Under the pieces are notes generated by a model. The model was not told the origin of the DNA. It was given only the letters and a program-made list of their open reading frames with translations, and did no database searches. Of a DNA stretch of 10,550 bases, positions 1 to 7,657 are shown piece by piece. This stretch comes from Candidatus Fervidifonticultor quintus (GTDB lineage Bacteria; Sysuimicrobiota; Sysuimicrobiia; Sysuimicrobiales; Humicultoraceae): assembly GCA_031459535.1 (NCBI GenBank), contig JAVKIJ010000095.1:1-10550 (forward strand). Direction: 5' to 3'. How positions within the stretch are numbered: the stretch's first letter is position 1; the number at the start of each line of letters is the position of its first letter. The position numbers and the translations under genes were made by a program.

Positions 1-22
1 TGGGGCGACGCGGTGTATCCTC

Positions 23-820
23 TCACTCCAGTTTGAGCAGGCCGTAGCGACCCAGGACCACCGGGACGGCCTCACCGGGCACCGCCGGCCGGGCCGCGAG
101 GGTCCCGAACTCGGGCGGCACGTCGTCTGCCACCTGCAGGCCGCCCGTGTCGATGTGGAGCGCGAGCCCTTGGAACGCGAACACCAGGGGCCTGGGGCCC
201 CGGAACGACACTTTGGTCCTGGTGGCTGCCGACACGTCGACCCCTACCTCTGCCAGGTTGCGCTGTAGCACGTTCACGTCCACCTCGATCTCCTGGCCCT
301 GCTCGTCCGTGGCCGTGACGCCGAACGACCGTGACTTGAGCGTGCGGGTGATCACCACCACCTGGCCTTCGCCGATGAAGTAGTCGTCGATCACGGGGTT
401 GCCGGCATCAAGCGCGGGACGACGGCCCAGGTACTCGCGCAGCTCGATGATGTCCACCGAGTCGGAGCGCACGTCTTCATAGGAAAATTCCACCTGCCGG
501 GCACGCTCGAAGCCGACCTTGGCGGAGATCGCCAGCGCGCCCAGCGCGGCGAGCAGCTTCCCCAGCAGATGTAGCCCCAGCCCCACGTCGAGCTTATCGG
601 TGCGGCGGCCGGTGATCTGGCCCACGAGTTCGTCTTGCCGCATCGGGGGCGGGGCATCCGCGGTTCGCATCAGCCGCGGCAACGGCCCCAGGTGCCTGGC
701 CGCGCCGGCTCCAGGGCGCTTGCCCACCAGGTCCAGCGGGTAGATGTGCTCCCGCGGCAACTGAATGGGCGTGTAGCCCAGTTCGCGCAGGAAGTCCAGA
801 GAACTCTCTCGACATGCCAT
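23..820 (-). CDS. Bacterial gasdermin (bGSDM)-like pore-forming protein, 265 aa
   Basis: Start reassigned to ATG at 820, 5 nt after a GGGGGGGA SD-like run, giving MACRESSLDFLRELGYTPIQLPREHIYPLDLV. This matches the bGSDM N-terminal pattern as I recall it (MxC...L...GY....P+..I.Pl.l), and Cys3 is the only Cys. Other recalled bGSDM-like elements: VVVITRTLKSRSF, PLVFAFQ, alternating polar/hydrophobic strands, a C-terminal tail ending GLLKLE and a typical length. No search run. Confidence 0.88.
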   Translation of the reverse strand: MACRESSLDFLRELGYTPIQLPREHIYPLDLVGKRPGAGAARHLGPLPRLMRTADAPPPMRQDELVGQITGRRTDKLDVGLGLHLLGKLLAALGALAISAKVGFERARQVEFSYEDVRSDSVDIIELREYLGRRPALDAGNPVIDDYFIGEGQVVVITRTLKSRSFGVTATDEQGQEIEVDVNVLQRNLAEVGVDVSAATRTKVSFRGPRPLVFAFQGLALHIDTGGLQVADDVPPEFGTLAARPAVPGEAVPVVLGRYGLLKLE

Positions 821-838
821 GTCCGTCCCCCCCAAGGG

Positions 839-1636
839 TCACGGCTGGATCCGAAACCGGAAGTACCACTCTCGCAGCTCCGGCGCCCGGTACTGAAGCT
901 CGCTGACGACCTGGAGGCGGGCGCCTGCGCCCCCAAGCAATCCCGCCACCAGCACGCCCTCATCACTGCCCGCCACTCGGGGCACCACCGTGACGAAGAG
1001 CTCATCGACCAGGCCCGCGGCGACCAGCCTGCGGTTGGTCTGTGGTCCGCCCTCGGCCAGCACCCGGCCAACGCCGCGGGAGGCGAGCAGATCCAGCGCG
1101 ACGGCGAGATCCACGTCGCCGTTGGCGTCCGCCGGCACCACCAGCACCTCGGCCCCGGCAACCTCGGCGCGCCGGCGATCGGCGTCGCGGGCCAGTTCCG
1201 TGGTGATGACGATCGAGGCGAAGTCCTGTTGCGCGAAGAACCGCTTGGCCAGCACGGCGTCGGAGAACTCGGCGCGGCGGGAGAGTACCACCGCGGACGG
1301 ATTGGCCGGCCGGCCGGCGGTGGTGCGGGCCTCCTGGAGGTGGCGGTGCGTGGTCGCGATGATATCGTTACGGCGCAGGGTTCCGGCGCCGCTGAGGACA
1401 ACGTCCGCCCAGCCCCGCAACGTCCGGAACAGGTAGTGGTCCACCGCCGACCCGATGGACCACGCTGCGCCACCGATGGCCACCACGCCATCCAGGGTCT
1501 GGACCATGTTGACTGCGACGGCCGGGCGCGAGCCCCTGGGCACGATGGCCAGGTCACGGTACACCCAGGCGAGCGGGACCCTCCGGGTGCCCGGTTCCCG
1601 TTCGTGGTAGACCTGGAAGAGTTCATCGGGTAGCAT
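839..1636 (-). CDS. RibD C-terminal domain / dihydrofolate reductase-family reductase (stand-alone), 265 aa
   Basis: Motifs RPAVAVNMVQTLDG, LRGWADVVLSGAGTLR, VLAEGGPQTN and GLVDELFVTVVP. Start placed at ATG 1636 (MLPDELF); the longer 1876 ORF overlaps the upstream gene and is non-protein-like there. No deaminase domain. Confidence 0.85.
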   Translation of the reverse strand: MLPDELFQVYHEREPGTRRVPLAWVYRDLAIVPRGSRPAVAVNMVQTLDGVVAIGGAAWSIGSAVDHYLFRTLRGWADVVLSGAGTLRRNDIIATTHRHLQEARTTAGRPANPSAVVLSRRAEFSDAVLAKRFFAQQDFASIVITTELARDADRRRAEVAGAEVLVVPADANGDVDLAVALDLLASRGVGRVLAEGGPQTNRRLVAAGLVDELFVTVVPRVAGSDEGVLVAGLLGGAGARLQVVSELQYRAPELREWYFRFRIQP

Positions 1637-1649
1637 CGCAGCCGGCACG

Positions 1650-3062
1650 CTAGAACTCCAACAGCGCGCCGGCTCGCACCAGCCGTTCCTGAATCTCGCG
1701 TACCAGGTCAGGGCGCCCCACAAGTGCGTGGGGAGTAGCGCGGTGGACCACGGCCACAGCCGCCGCCACCCCCGCGCCCTCGCCCATCGCCATCGTGGTG
1801 GCCACGATCCTGGCCGAGCCGGCGGCCTCAAAGGTCGCCGAGAACGCCCGGCTCGCAAAGAAGAGGCGGTCGACATTGGCCGCGATTAGCGACCGTAGCG
1901 GAATCGTGTACGGCGAGCGGACAGGGCTGTTCCCGTACCGCTCGCCGGGCACGTACTGATGCAGATCCACAGGATAGGACGCCGCGCCGATCCGGTCCCA
2001 GAACCGTCTGCGCGTGGCGATATCCTCCCCCGTCAACGTGTAGAGGCCCTGTAGGTGCCGGGTCTCGCGCACGTAGAGCTCGGGCGCGACCTCGACCAGG
2101 CGGGCATCAGAGAAGCCCGGGACACGCTCCCGCAGATACGCCACCAGGCGCGGGACCTCCCGCTTGGCGCGCCGGTAGCCGTCCATGCGCGAAGCACGGT
2201 CCGTGCCGTCCACGTCGTGCACCTGCAGCGAGTTGATCCACGCCGACCCGTCAGGCAGGCGCCCGATGTTGAGATCGTGGGCCGACAGGCGCGGATCGGC
2301 GGGCACGTAGCCGCGCATGAGGCCTCGGAATCCCCACACATACCCCAGGTAGGCGCCGCTGGGCTGCCGGCCGCGCCGGTGCCTGGAGGCGTAGGTGACG
2401 ATCGCGCGCCAGTCGAGGCCACTGACCCGGAACATGAGGGTGGCGGGCATGGCGCGCCGATCCAACCTGAGAGCCTCGCGGCCGAAGGTGAATGGCACGC
2501 CGGCGGCCGCCGCGAGATCGCCGTCGTCGGTGGCGTCTATGGTGACCTGCGCGTTCAGCGTCGCTTCGGTCCCATCCGGCAGGCCCACGATTGCACCAAT
2601 GACGGCCCGGCTCTCGACGATGGGCCGAACCAGGCGCGTCTGGAGCAGCAGGGAGATGCCGGGTTCCGCTTCGACCTTCCGCTGCAGCAGCTCGCGGACC
2701 CGCCGGGGGTCGAAGGTGATGCTTCCGATCTCGCGATAGACCTCGAGGAAGATGCCCCGGGTGAGATGGTGGCCGGTCCGAGGCATGAAGTTGAGGTCCA
2801 CCATGTTGAGCATGGCGCCGGTCCAGACGGTGCCGAGGAAGGGGCGCGGTTCGACGAGGATGACCACCATCCCCTGGCGGGCCGCGGCCAGGGCCGCGGC
2901 GACGCCGGCCGGACTGCCTCCCACGACGAGGACATCGACCCGGAACTCAGGCGGCCACCGGTCGGGCAGCAGCCGCCGCGGGTGGACCATGACCACGCCC
3001 ATCGCGAGCAACACGACGGCCACTGAGAGCGCCAGGGATCGAAGGCCCCTCATCTGCATCAC
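1650..3062 (-). CDS. FAD-dependent oxidoreductase (FAD_oxidored-type) with N-terminal signal/membrane anchor
   Basis: Rossmann motif DVLVVGGSPAGVAAALAAARQG..VILVE, IDATDDGDLAAAAG, YVRETRHLQG and GSARIVATTMAMGEGAG. Basic then hydrophobic N-terminus (RSLALSVAVVLLAMGVVMV). GGGGA lies upstream; the start may be GTG 3062, ATG 3059 or ATG 3053. Confidence 0.85.
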   Translation of the reverse strand: MMQMRGLRSLALSVAVVLLAMGVVMVHPRRLLPDRWPPEFRVDVLVVGGSPAGVAAALAAARQGMVVILVEPRPFLGTVWTGAMLNMVDLNFMPRTGHHLTRGIFLEVYREIGSITFDPRRVRELLQRKVEAEPGISLLLQTRLVRPIVESRAVIGAIVGLPDGTEATLNAQVTIDATDDGDLAAAAGVPFTFGREALRLDRRAMPATLMFRVSGLDWRAIVTYASRHRRGRQPSGAYLGYVWGFRGLMRGYVPADPRLSAHDLNIGRLPDGSAWINSLQVHDVDGTDRASRMDGYRRAKREVPRLVAYLRERVPGFSDARLVEVAPELYVRETRHLQGLYTLTGEDIATRRRFWDRIGAASYPVDLHQYVPGERYGNSPVRSPYTIPLRSLIAANVDRLFFASRAFSATFEAAGSARIVATTMAMGEGAGVAAAVAVVHRATPHALVGRPDLVREIQERLVRAGALLEF

Positions 3063-3139
3063 GCGCCACGGTCCCCAAGGCGTCGGCCCACTGCCAAGGG
3101 AGCTGGACCTCGCCTGGCACCGACGCGGCGGCGACGCCG

Positions 3140-3640
3140 CTAGCGGCGCTCGGACCGAGTGATCGCCGCCAGGGCCTCAGCCACGCGGCTGTACGTTTCG
3201 TCCAGATGCTGGGGCAGTACCTTCGTGTCGCCCAGCACCGGCATGAAGTTCGTGTCGCCCGCCCAGCGAGGTACCACGTGGACGTGCAGGTGATCCTCGA
3301 TGCCGGCACCCGCGGCCCGGCCCAGGTTCAAGCCCACATTGAAGCCTTCGGCGGCCATGGCGCGCTCCAGACCGGCGATCGCCTGGCCGGTCAGCCTGAT
3401 CAGGGCCTCGGCCTCATCGGCGGAGAGTTGATCCAGGCGCGCCACGTGGCGGAAGGGGACCACCATGAGATGGCCGCTGTTGTACGGGTATCGGTTGAGG
3501 AGGACGTATACCAGCTCGCCGCGGTGCACGATGAGCGCCGCGCGGTCGTCGCCCGCCTGGGGCACCTGGCAGAAGACGCACCCGGGCTCCCTGGGACCGG
3601 CCACGTAACTGAGGCGCCAGGGCGCCCACAGCTGTCTCAC
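3140..3640 (-). CDS. HIT-family nucleotide hydrolase/phosphorylase (Ap4A phosphorylase-like subgroup), 166 aa
   Basis: LWAPWR N-terminus, CVFC, LNRYPYNSGHLMVVP, GFNVGLNLGRAAGAGI and the histidine triad HLHVHVVPRW. GTG at 3640 overlaps the rnc stop (GTGA). Confidence 0.92.
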   Translation of the reverse strand: MRQLWAPWRLSYVAGPREPGCVFCQVPQAGDDRAALIVHRGELVYVLLNRYPYNSGHLMVVPFRHVARLDQLSADEAEALIRLTGQAIAGLERAMAAEGFNVGLNLGRAAGAGIEDHLHVHVVPRWAGDTNFMPVLGDTKVLPQHLDETYSRVAEALAAITRSERR

Positions 3641-4407
3641 GGACCGGCGCGCTCCAGCCGACGCAGCCCCTCCGCGGCCGCAGCCTGTTCTGCCTCCTTC
3701 TTGCTCTTGCCGCGGCCTTCGCCCACGACCCGGCCGCCGGCTTCCACCACCGCCACGAACGTGCGGGCGTGGTCGGGCCCTTCCTCCTGCGTGATGCGGT
3801 AGCGGGGCATCTGTCCGCGGCGCTGCAGGCGCTCCTGGAGCTGGCTCTTGAAGTCCTCGCCGGCGCGCTGGATGACCTCGCCGAGCTCGCCGAGCCACCG
3901 GGTGATGAGGTGGTGTGCCACGCCGTAACCCGAATCGATGTACACCGCGCCGATGACGGACTCCACGGCGTCGGCCAGCAGCCCCGGCCGCTGGCGCCCA
4001 CCGCCCTTCTCCTCGCCCCGGCCCAGCAGGATGTAGCGCCCGAGGTCGAGCCTCCGCGCAATGGAGGCCAGCGCCGCCTCGTTGACCACCCGCGCGCGCT
4101 GCTTGGCCAGGCCACCCTCGTCCATGTCCGGGTGCCGGCGGTAGAGATCGTCACTCACGACCAGGCTCAGCACGGCGTCTCCAAGGAACTCGAGTCGCTC
4201 GTAGCTCTTGCCCGGATCGCGGCCCTTCTCATGGCTGAACGATCCGTGCCGAAGCGCCAGGTCCAGCAGCGACCGGTCGCGGAAGCGCACGCCCAACCGT
4301 TCCTCGAGGTGGGCGAGTTGGGCCAGGCGGTCCTGGCTGAGGACCTCTCCGACGGCGCCGGTCTCGTCCGGTGGTACCGGTGGGGGCGGCCTGTGGGGTC
4401 TACGCAT
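3637..4407 (-). CDS. rnc: Ribonuclease III
   Basis: Signature [26 protein letters not shown] and a C-terminal dsRBD (DFKSQLQE...[16 protein letters not shown]). Likely ATG at 4407 overlapping the fabF stop; start less certain than the identity. Confidence 0.96.
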   Translation of the reverse strand: MRRPHRPPPPVPPDETGAVGEVLSQDRLAQLAHLEERLGVRFRDRSLLDLALRHGSFSHEKGRDPGKSYERLEFLGDAVLSLVVSDDLYRRHPDMDEGGLAKQRARVVNEAALASIARRLDLGRYILLGRGEEKGGGRQRPGLLADAVESVIGAVYIDSGYGVAHHLITRWLGELGEVIQRAGEDFKSQLQERLQRRGQMPRYRITQEEGPDHARTFVAVVEAGGRVVGEGRGKSKKEAEQAAAAEGLRRLERAGP

Positions 4408-5650
4408 ATGCCCTCGCAATCAGGATAGCATTGTGGCCCCCAAAACCAAACGCGTTCGACATGACCGTGCGCAGCCGGGCCGGTCGCGCGGCATTGGGCA
4501 CGTAGTCGAGATCGCACTCGGGATCGGGAACGCGATAATTGATGGTCGGCGGCAGCACCTGGTGCTGGAGGGCCAGAATGCAGGCCACGAACTCGACACC
4601 GCCGGCGGCTCCCAGCAGGTGCCCGGTCATGGACTTGGTTGAACTGATGGCCAGGCGTCGCGCGTGGTCCCCGAACAGGCGCTTGATGGCCAGGGTCTCC
4701 AGACGGTCGTTGTACGGCGTGCTGGTCCCATGGGCGTTGATGTAGTCAATCTCCTCTGCCGCGAGGGCGGCGTCCGCGAGGGCTGCGGCCATGCTGCGCA
4801 GCGCCCCATCTCCTTCCGGGTCGGGCTGCGTGATGTGAAATGCGTCGGTGGTGACGCCGTAGCCGAGCACCTCGGCCAGGATCGGCGCGCCGCGGGCCTC
4901 GGCGTGCTCCAGGGCCTCCAGGACCACCACGCCGGCGCCTTCACCCATGACAAACCCGTCACGGGTGGCATCGAAAGGCCGGCACGCGCGGTCCGGTTCG
5001 TCGTTGCGGGTGGACATGGCCTTCATGGAGCAGAAGCCGGCGATGGACAACGGGGTGATGGCAGCCTCGCTGCCGCCGGCCAGCATCACGTCCGCATCGC
5101 CGCGCTGGATGATGCGGAAGGCATCGCCGATGGCGTTGCCGCCCGTGGCGCAGGCTGTCACCACGCAGGAGCTGGGCCCCTTGGCACCCGTGAGGATGGC
5201 TGTCACGCCGCTGGCCATGTTGACGATCATCATGGGGACGAAGAACGGCGAGACGCGATCGGGGCCGCGTTCCAGCAGCGTCCGGTGCTGCTCCTCCCAG
5301 GTGGCCGCCCCCCCGATCCCGGAGCCGATCAGGACTCCGGTGCGGCCGGCGTTGGCCGGCGTGATGACCAACCGCGCGTGCTCCATCGCCATACGGGTGG
5401 CGGCATAGGCAAACTGCACGAATCGGTCGTTGCGTCGGACTTCCTTTCGGTCCATGTAATCGGAGGGATCGAAGTCCCGCACCTCGGCGGCAATCTGGGT
5501 GGCAAACTTCGACGCATCGAACCGGGTGATCCGACTGACACCAGACCGGCCGGCCACCAGGGCGTTCCAGAAGGCCTCGAGACCGACCCCGATCGGGCTC
5601 ACGACACCCATGCCGGTGACGACTACGCGCCGGCACACGGGGAGCTGCAC
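4400..5650 (-). CDS. fabF: Beta-ketoacyl-ACP synthase II
   Basis: RRVVVTGMG start, catalytic TACATG (Cys), NAHGTST (His), [12 protein letters not shown] (His) and [10 protein letters not shown]. Alternative GTG start at 5638. Confidence 0.97.
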   Translation of the reverse strand: MQLPVCRRVVVTGMGVVSPIGVGLEAFWNALVAGRSGVSRITRFDASKFATQIAAEVRDFDPSDYMDRKEVRRNDRFVQFAYAATRMAMEHARLVITPANAGRTGVLIGSGIGGAATWEEQHRTLLERGPDRVSPFFVPMMIVNMASGVTAILTGAKGPSSCVVTACATGGNAIGDAFRIIQRGDADVMLAGGSEAAITPLSIAGFCSMKAMSTRNDEPDRACRPFDATRDGFVMGEGAGVVVLEALEHAEARGAPILAEVLGYGVTTDAFHITQPDPEGDGALRSMAAALADAALAAEEIDYINAHGTSTPYNDRLETLAIKRLFGDHARRLAISSTKSMTGHLLGAAGGVEFVACILALQHQVLPPTINYRVPDPECDLDYVPNAARPARLRTVMSNAFGFGGHNAILIARAYA

Positions 5651-5667
5651 GCGCGGGCTCTGCGCGC

Positions 5668-5919
5668 CTATTGCGATCCGGTCTCCTTGGAATGGCTCTC
5701 GATGAAGGCCACCGCGTCACCGACGGTGACTATCTTCTCGGCCTGTTCGTCGGGAATCTCGATCTTGAACTCGTCCTCGAGCGCCATGACCAGCTCAACC
5801 ACATCGAGCGAATCCGCACCAAGATCTTCCACGAATGACGATTCGGGCGTGATGGTCTCCTCTTCCACACCCAACTGGTGTGCGACCCGCGCCCTCACGC
5901 GCTCAAAGACCGTTGCCAT
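5668..5919 (-). CDS. acpP: Acyl carrier protein
   Basis: [20 protein letters not shown] phosphopantetheine attachment motif; 83 aa, acidic; strong SD. Confidence 0.98.
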   Translation of the reverse strand: MATVFERVRARVAHQLGVEEETITPESSFVEDLGADSLDVVELVMALEDEFKIEIPDEQAEKIVTVGDAVAFIESHSKETGSQ

Positions 5920-5927
5920 GGAGAGAG

Positions 5928-5934
5928 CCTCCTT
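5928..5934 (-). promoter_or_regulatory. Shine-Dalgarno site of acpP (AAGGAGG)
   Basis: The minus strand reads AAGGAGG-ctctctcc-ATG. Confidence 0.85.
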
Positions 5935-5944
5935 CAGGTACGAC

Positions 5945-6694
5945 CTAGTGCATTACCATACCGCCGTCGACGTTCAAGACCTGCCCGGTGATGTACGCGG
6001 CCTCATCCGAAGCCAGGAAGACGACGGCCGCTGCCACGTCATCGGGTGAGCCGGCTCGCCCGAGGGGGATTTGAGCCATGTACCGGGCCCTTACGTCGTC
6101 TGGTAGCCCCTCGGTCATGCCGGCCGTGATGTAGCCCGGCGCCACGGCGTTCACGGTGATCCCCCGCGAACCGACCTCCCGTGCGATCGCCCGGGTGAGC
6201 CCGATAACCCCGGCCTTCGCGGCCACGTAATTCGCCTGACCCGCGTTGCCGACCTGTCCGGCCGTGGAGGTGACGTTGATGATGCGCCCACGCCGCTGGC
6301 GCACGAACTCCCGGAGCGCGGCGCGAATGCAGTAGAACGTGCCAGTCAGGTTCGTGTCCACGACGGCCTGCCAGTCTTCGTTCTTCATGCGCAGGACCAG
6401 GCCGTCGCGCGCAATCCCGGCGTTGTTCACCAGGATGTCGAGGCGTCCGAAGGCCTCGGTGGCGGCCCCGACCACCGCTGCGGCCTGATCGGGCTTGGAG
6501 AGATCGCCCCCCACGGCCCGGGCGCGGCCTCCGGCGCCCTCGATCTCGGCCACCAGGCGAGCGGCCGCGCCGGCGTTCTGCCAGTAGTGCACGATGACCG
6601 CCGAGCCCTCCAGCGCCAGTGCCACCGCGATGCGGCTGCCAATCCCGCCGGAAGCACCGGTGACCACCGCGACCCGGTTCTCAAGCCGACCCAT
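5945..6694 (-). CDS. fabG: 3-oxoacyl-ACP reductase
   Basis: SDR motifs [21 protein letters not shown] (YxxxK) and [12 protein letters not shown]; located between fabD and acpP. Confidence 0.96.
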   Translation of the reverse strand: MGRLENRVAVVTGASGGIGSRIAVALALEGSAVIVHYWQNAGAAARLVAEIEGAGGRARAVGGDLSKPDQAAAVVGAATEAFGRLDILVNNAGIARDGLVLRMKNEDWQAVVDTNLTGTFYCIRAALREFVRQRRGRIINVTSTAGQVGNAGQANYVAAKAGVIGLTRAIAREVGSRGITVNAVAPGYITAGMTEGLPDDVRARYMAQIPLGRAGSPDDVAAAVVFLASDEAAYITGQVLNVDGGMVMH

Positions 6695-6706
6695 CGTCCC
6701 GAAGCC

Positions 6707-7657
6707 TCACCCTGGACGACCGCCCGACACAGACACCTTCGGCAGCCTGGCCAGGGCGGCCTCCAGGCTCGCCTGGTTCTCCACCGAGATGACCTCGGCG
6801 TCCGGCACGGTCTTCCGGATCAGGCCGGCCAGGGTCGTACCGGGGCCGGCCTCGACGAAGACGGACGCGCCGAGTTGGCGCAACGTGCGCACTGACTGCT
6901 CCCAGCGTACAGGTGCAGCCACCTGGCTGATCAGCGACGAGCGGATTGCCTCGGGCGCCTCTACCGGCTGGCCGCTGACGTTCGCTACCACCGGCAGGCG
7001 CGCGGGCCGCACCGCGGTGCCCGCGAGAACCGACGCGAGGCGGTCCGCGGCCGGTCGCATGAGCGACGTGTGGAAGGGCGCGCTGACCGCCAGCGGAATC
7101 ACCCGCCTGGCGCCCGCGGCCTTGAGCCTGGCCGTCGCGTCGGCGACCGGACCGGCATCGCCGGCGATGACCACCTGGCCCGGCGCGTTGAAGTTCACGG
7201 CCTCGACGAATCCAGGGGTCTGCTCGCACACCTCGATGACCCGGTCAGCCTCCAGCCCCAGCACCGCGGCCATGGCTGTCTGGCGGTCTCCGGCCGCCTC
7301 CTGCATGAAGCGACCTCGTTGCCGCACAACCGTCACGGCGTCGCCGAAGGCCAGGGCGCCCGCCGCCACCAAAGCCGCGTACTCGCCGAGGCTGAGTCCG
7401 GCGGCCATATCCGGTCTCACGCCGGCCTCGGCCAGCACCGACGCCACGGCCCAGCAGCACGTCAGGATCGCCGGCTGCGTGTTCTCGGTCTCGCGCAGGC
7501 GCGCTGGAGGACCGTCGCGACACAACGCCAGGACGTCCAGCCCGATTGCCTGGCTCGCCTCCGCGAAGACCCGGCGGGCCACATCATAGCGGTCGGCGAG
7601 GTCGACACCCATGCCCACATACTGGGCGCCCTGACCGGGGAAGACGAACGCGATCAC
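6707..7657 (-). CDS. fabD: Malonyl-CoA:ACP transacylase
   Basis: IAFVFPGQGAQ, TQPAI, GLSLGEY (catalytic Ser), VSAPFH and VRW. GTG at 7657 overlaps the fabH stop (GTGA). Confidence 0.96.
   Translation of the reverse strand: MIAFVFPGQGAQYVGMGVDLADRYDVARRVFAEASQAIGLDVLALCRDGPPARLRETENTQPAILTCCWAVASVLAEAGVRPDMAAGLSLGEYAALVAAGALAFGDAVTVVRQRGRFMQEAAGDRQTAMAAVLGLEADRVIEVCEQTPGFVEAVNFNAPGQVVIAGDAGPVADATARLKAAGARRVIPLAVSAPFHTSLMRPAADRLASVLAGTAVRPARLPVVANVSGQPVEAPEAIRSSLISQVAAPVRWEQSVRTLRQLGASVFVEAGPGTTLAGLIRKTVPDAEVISVENQASLEAALARLPKVSVSGGRPG

Noticed and set aside
23-1636. The gasdermin and RibD-C genes have identical lengths (798 nt)
   Set aside because: No sequence similarity is visible; this is a coincidence.
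1637-1876. N-terminal extension of the RibD-C ORF; likewise the extensions of HIT (to 3898), fabD (to 7723) and rpmF (to 9444)
   Set aside because: They overlap upstream genes and are low-complexity. Better starts exist at stop/start junctions or behind SD sites.
3125-3148. GC hairpin GCGGCG-N4-CGCCGC and palindrome CGCCGCTAGCGGCG at the HIT stop
   Set aside because: Short, with no U-tract, and expected by chance at this GC content; not called a terminator.
7380-7400. FabD GLSLG instead of GHSLG
   Set aside because: This is a known common variant in FabD, and the catalytic Ser is intact.
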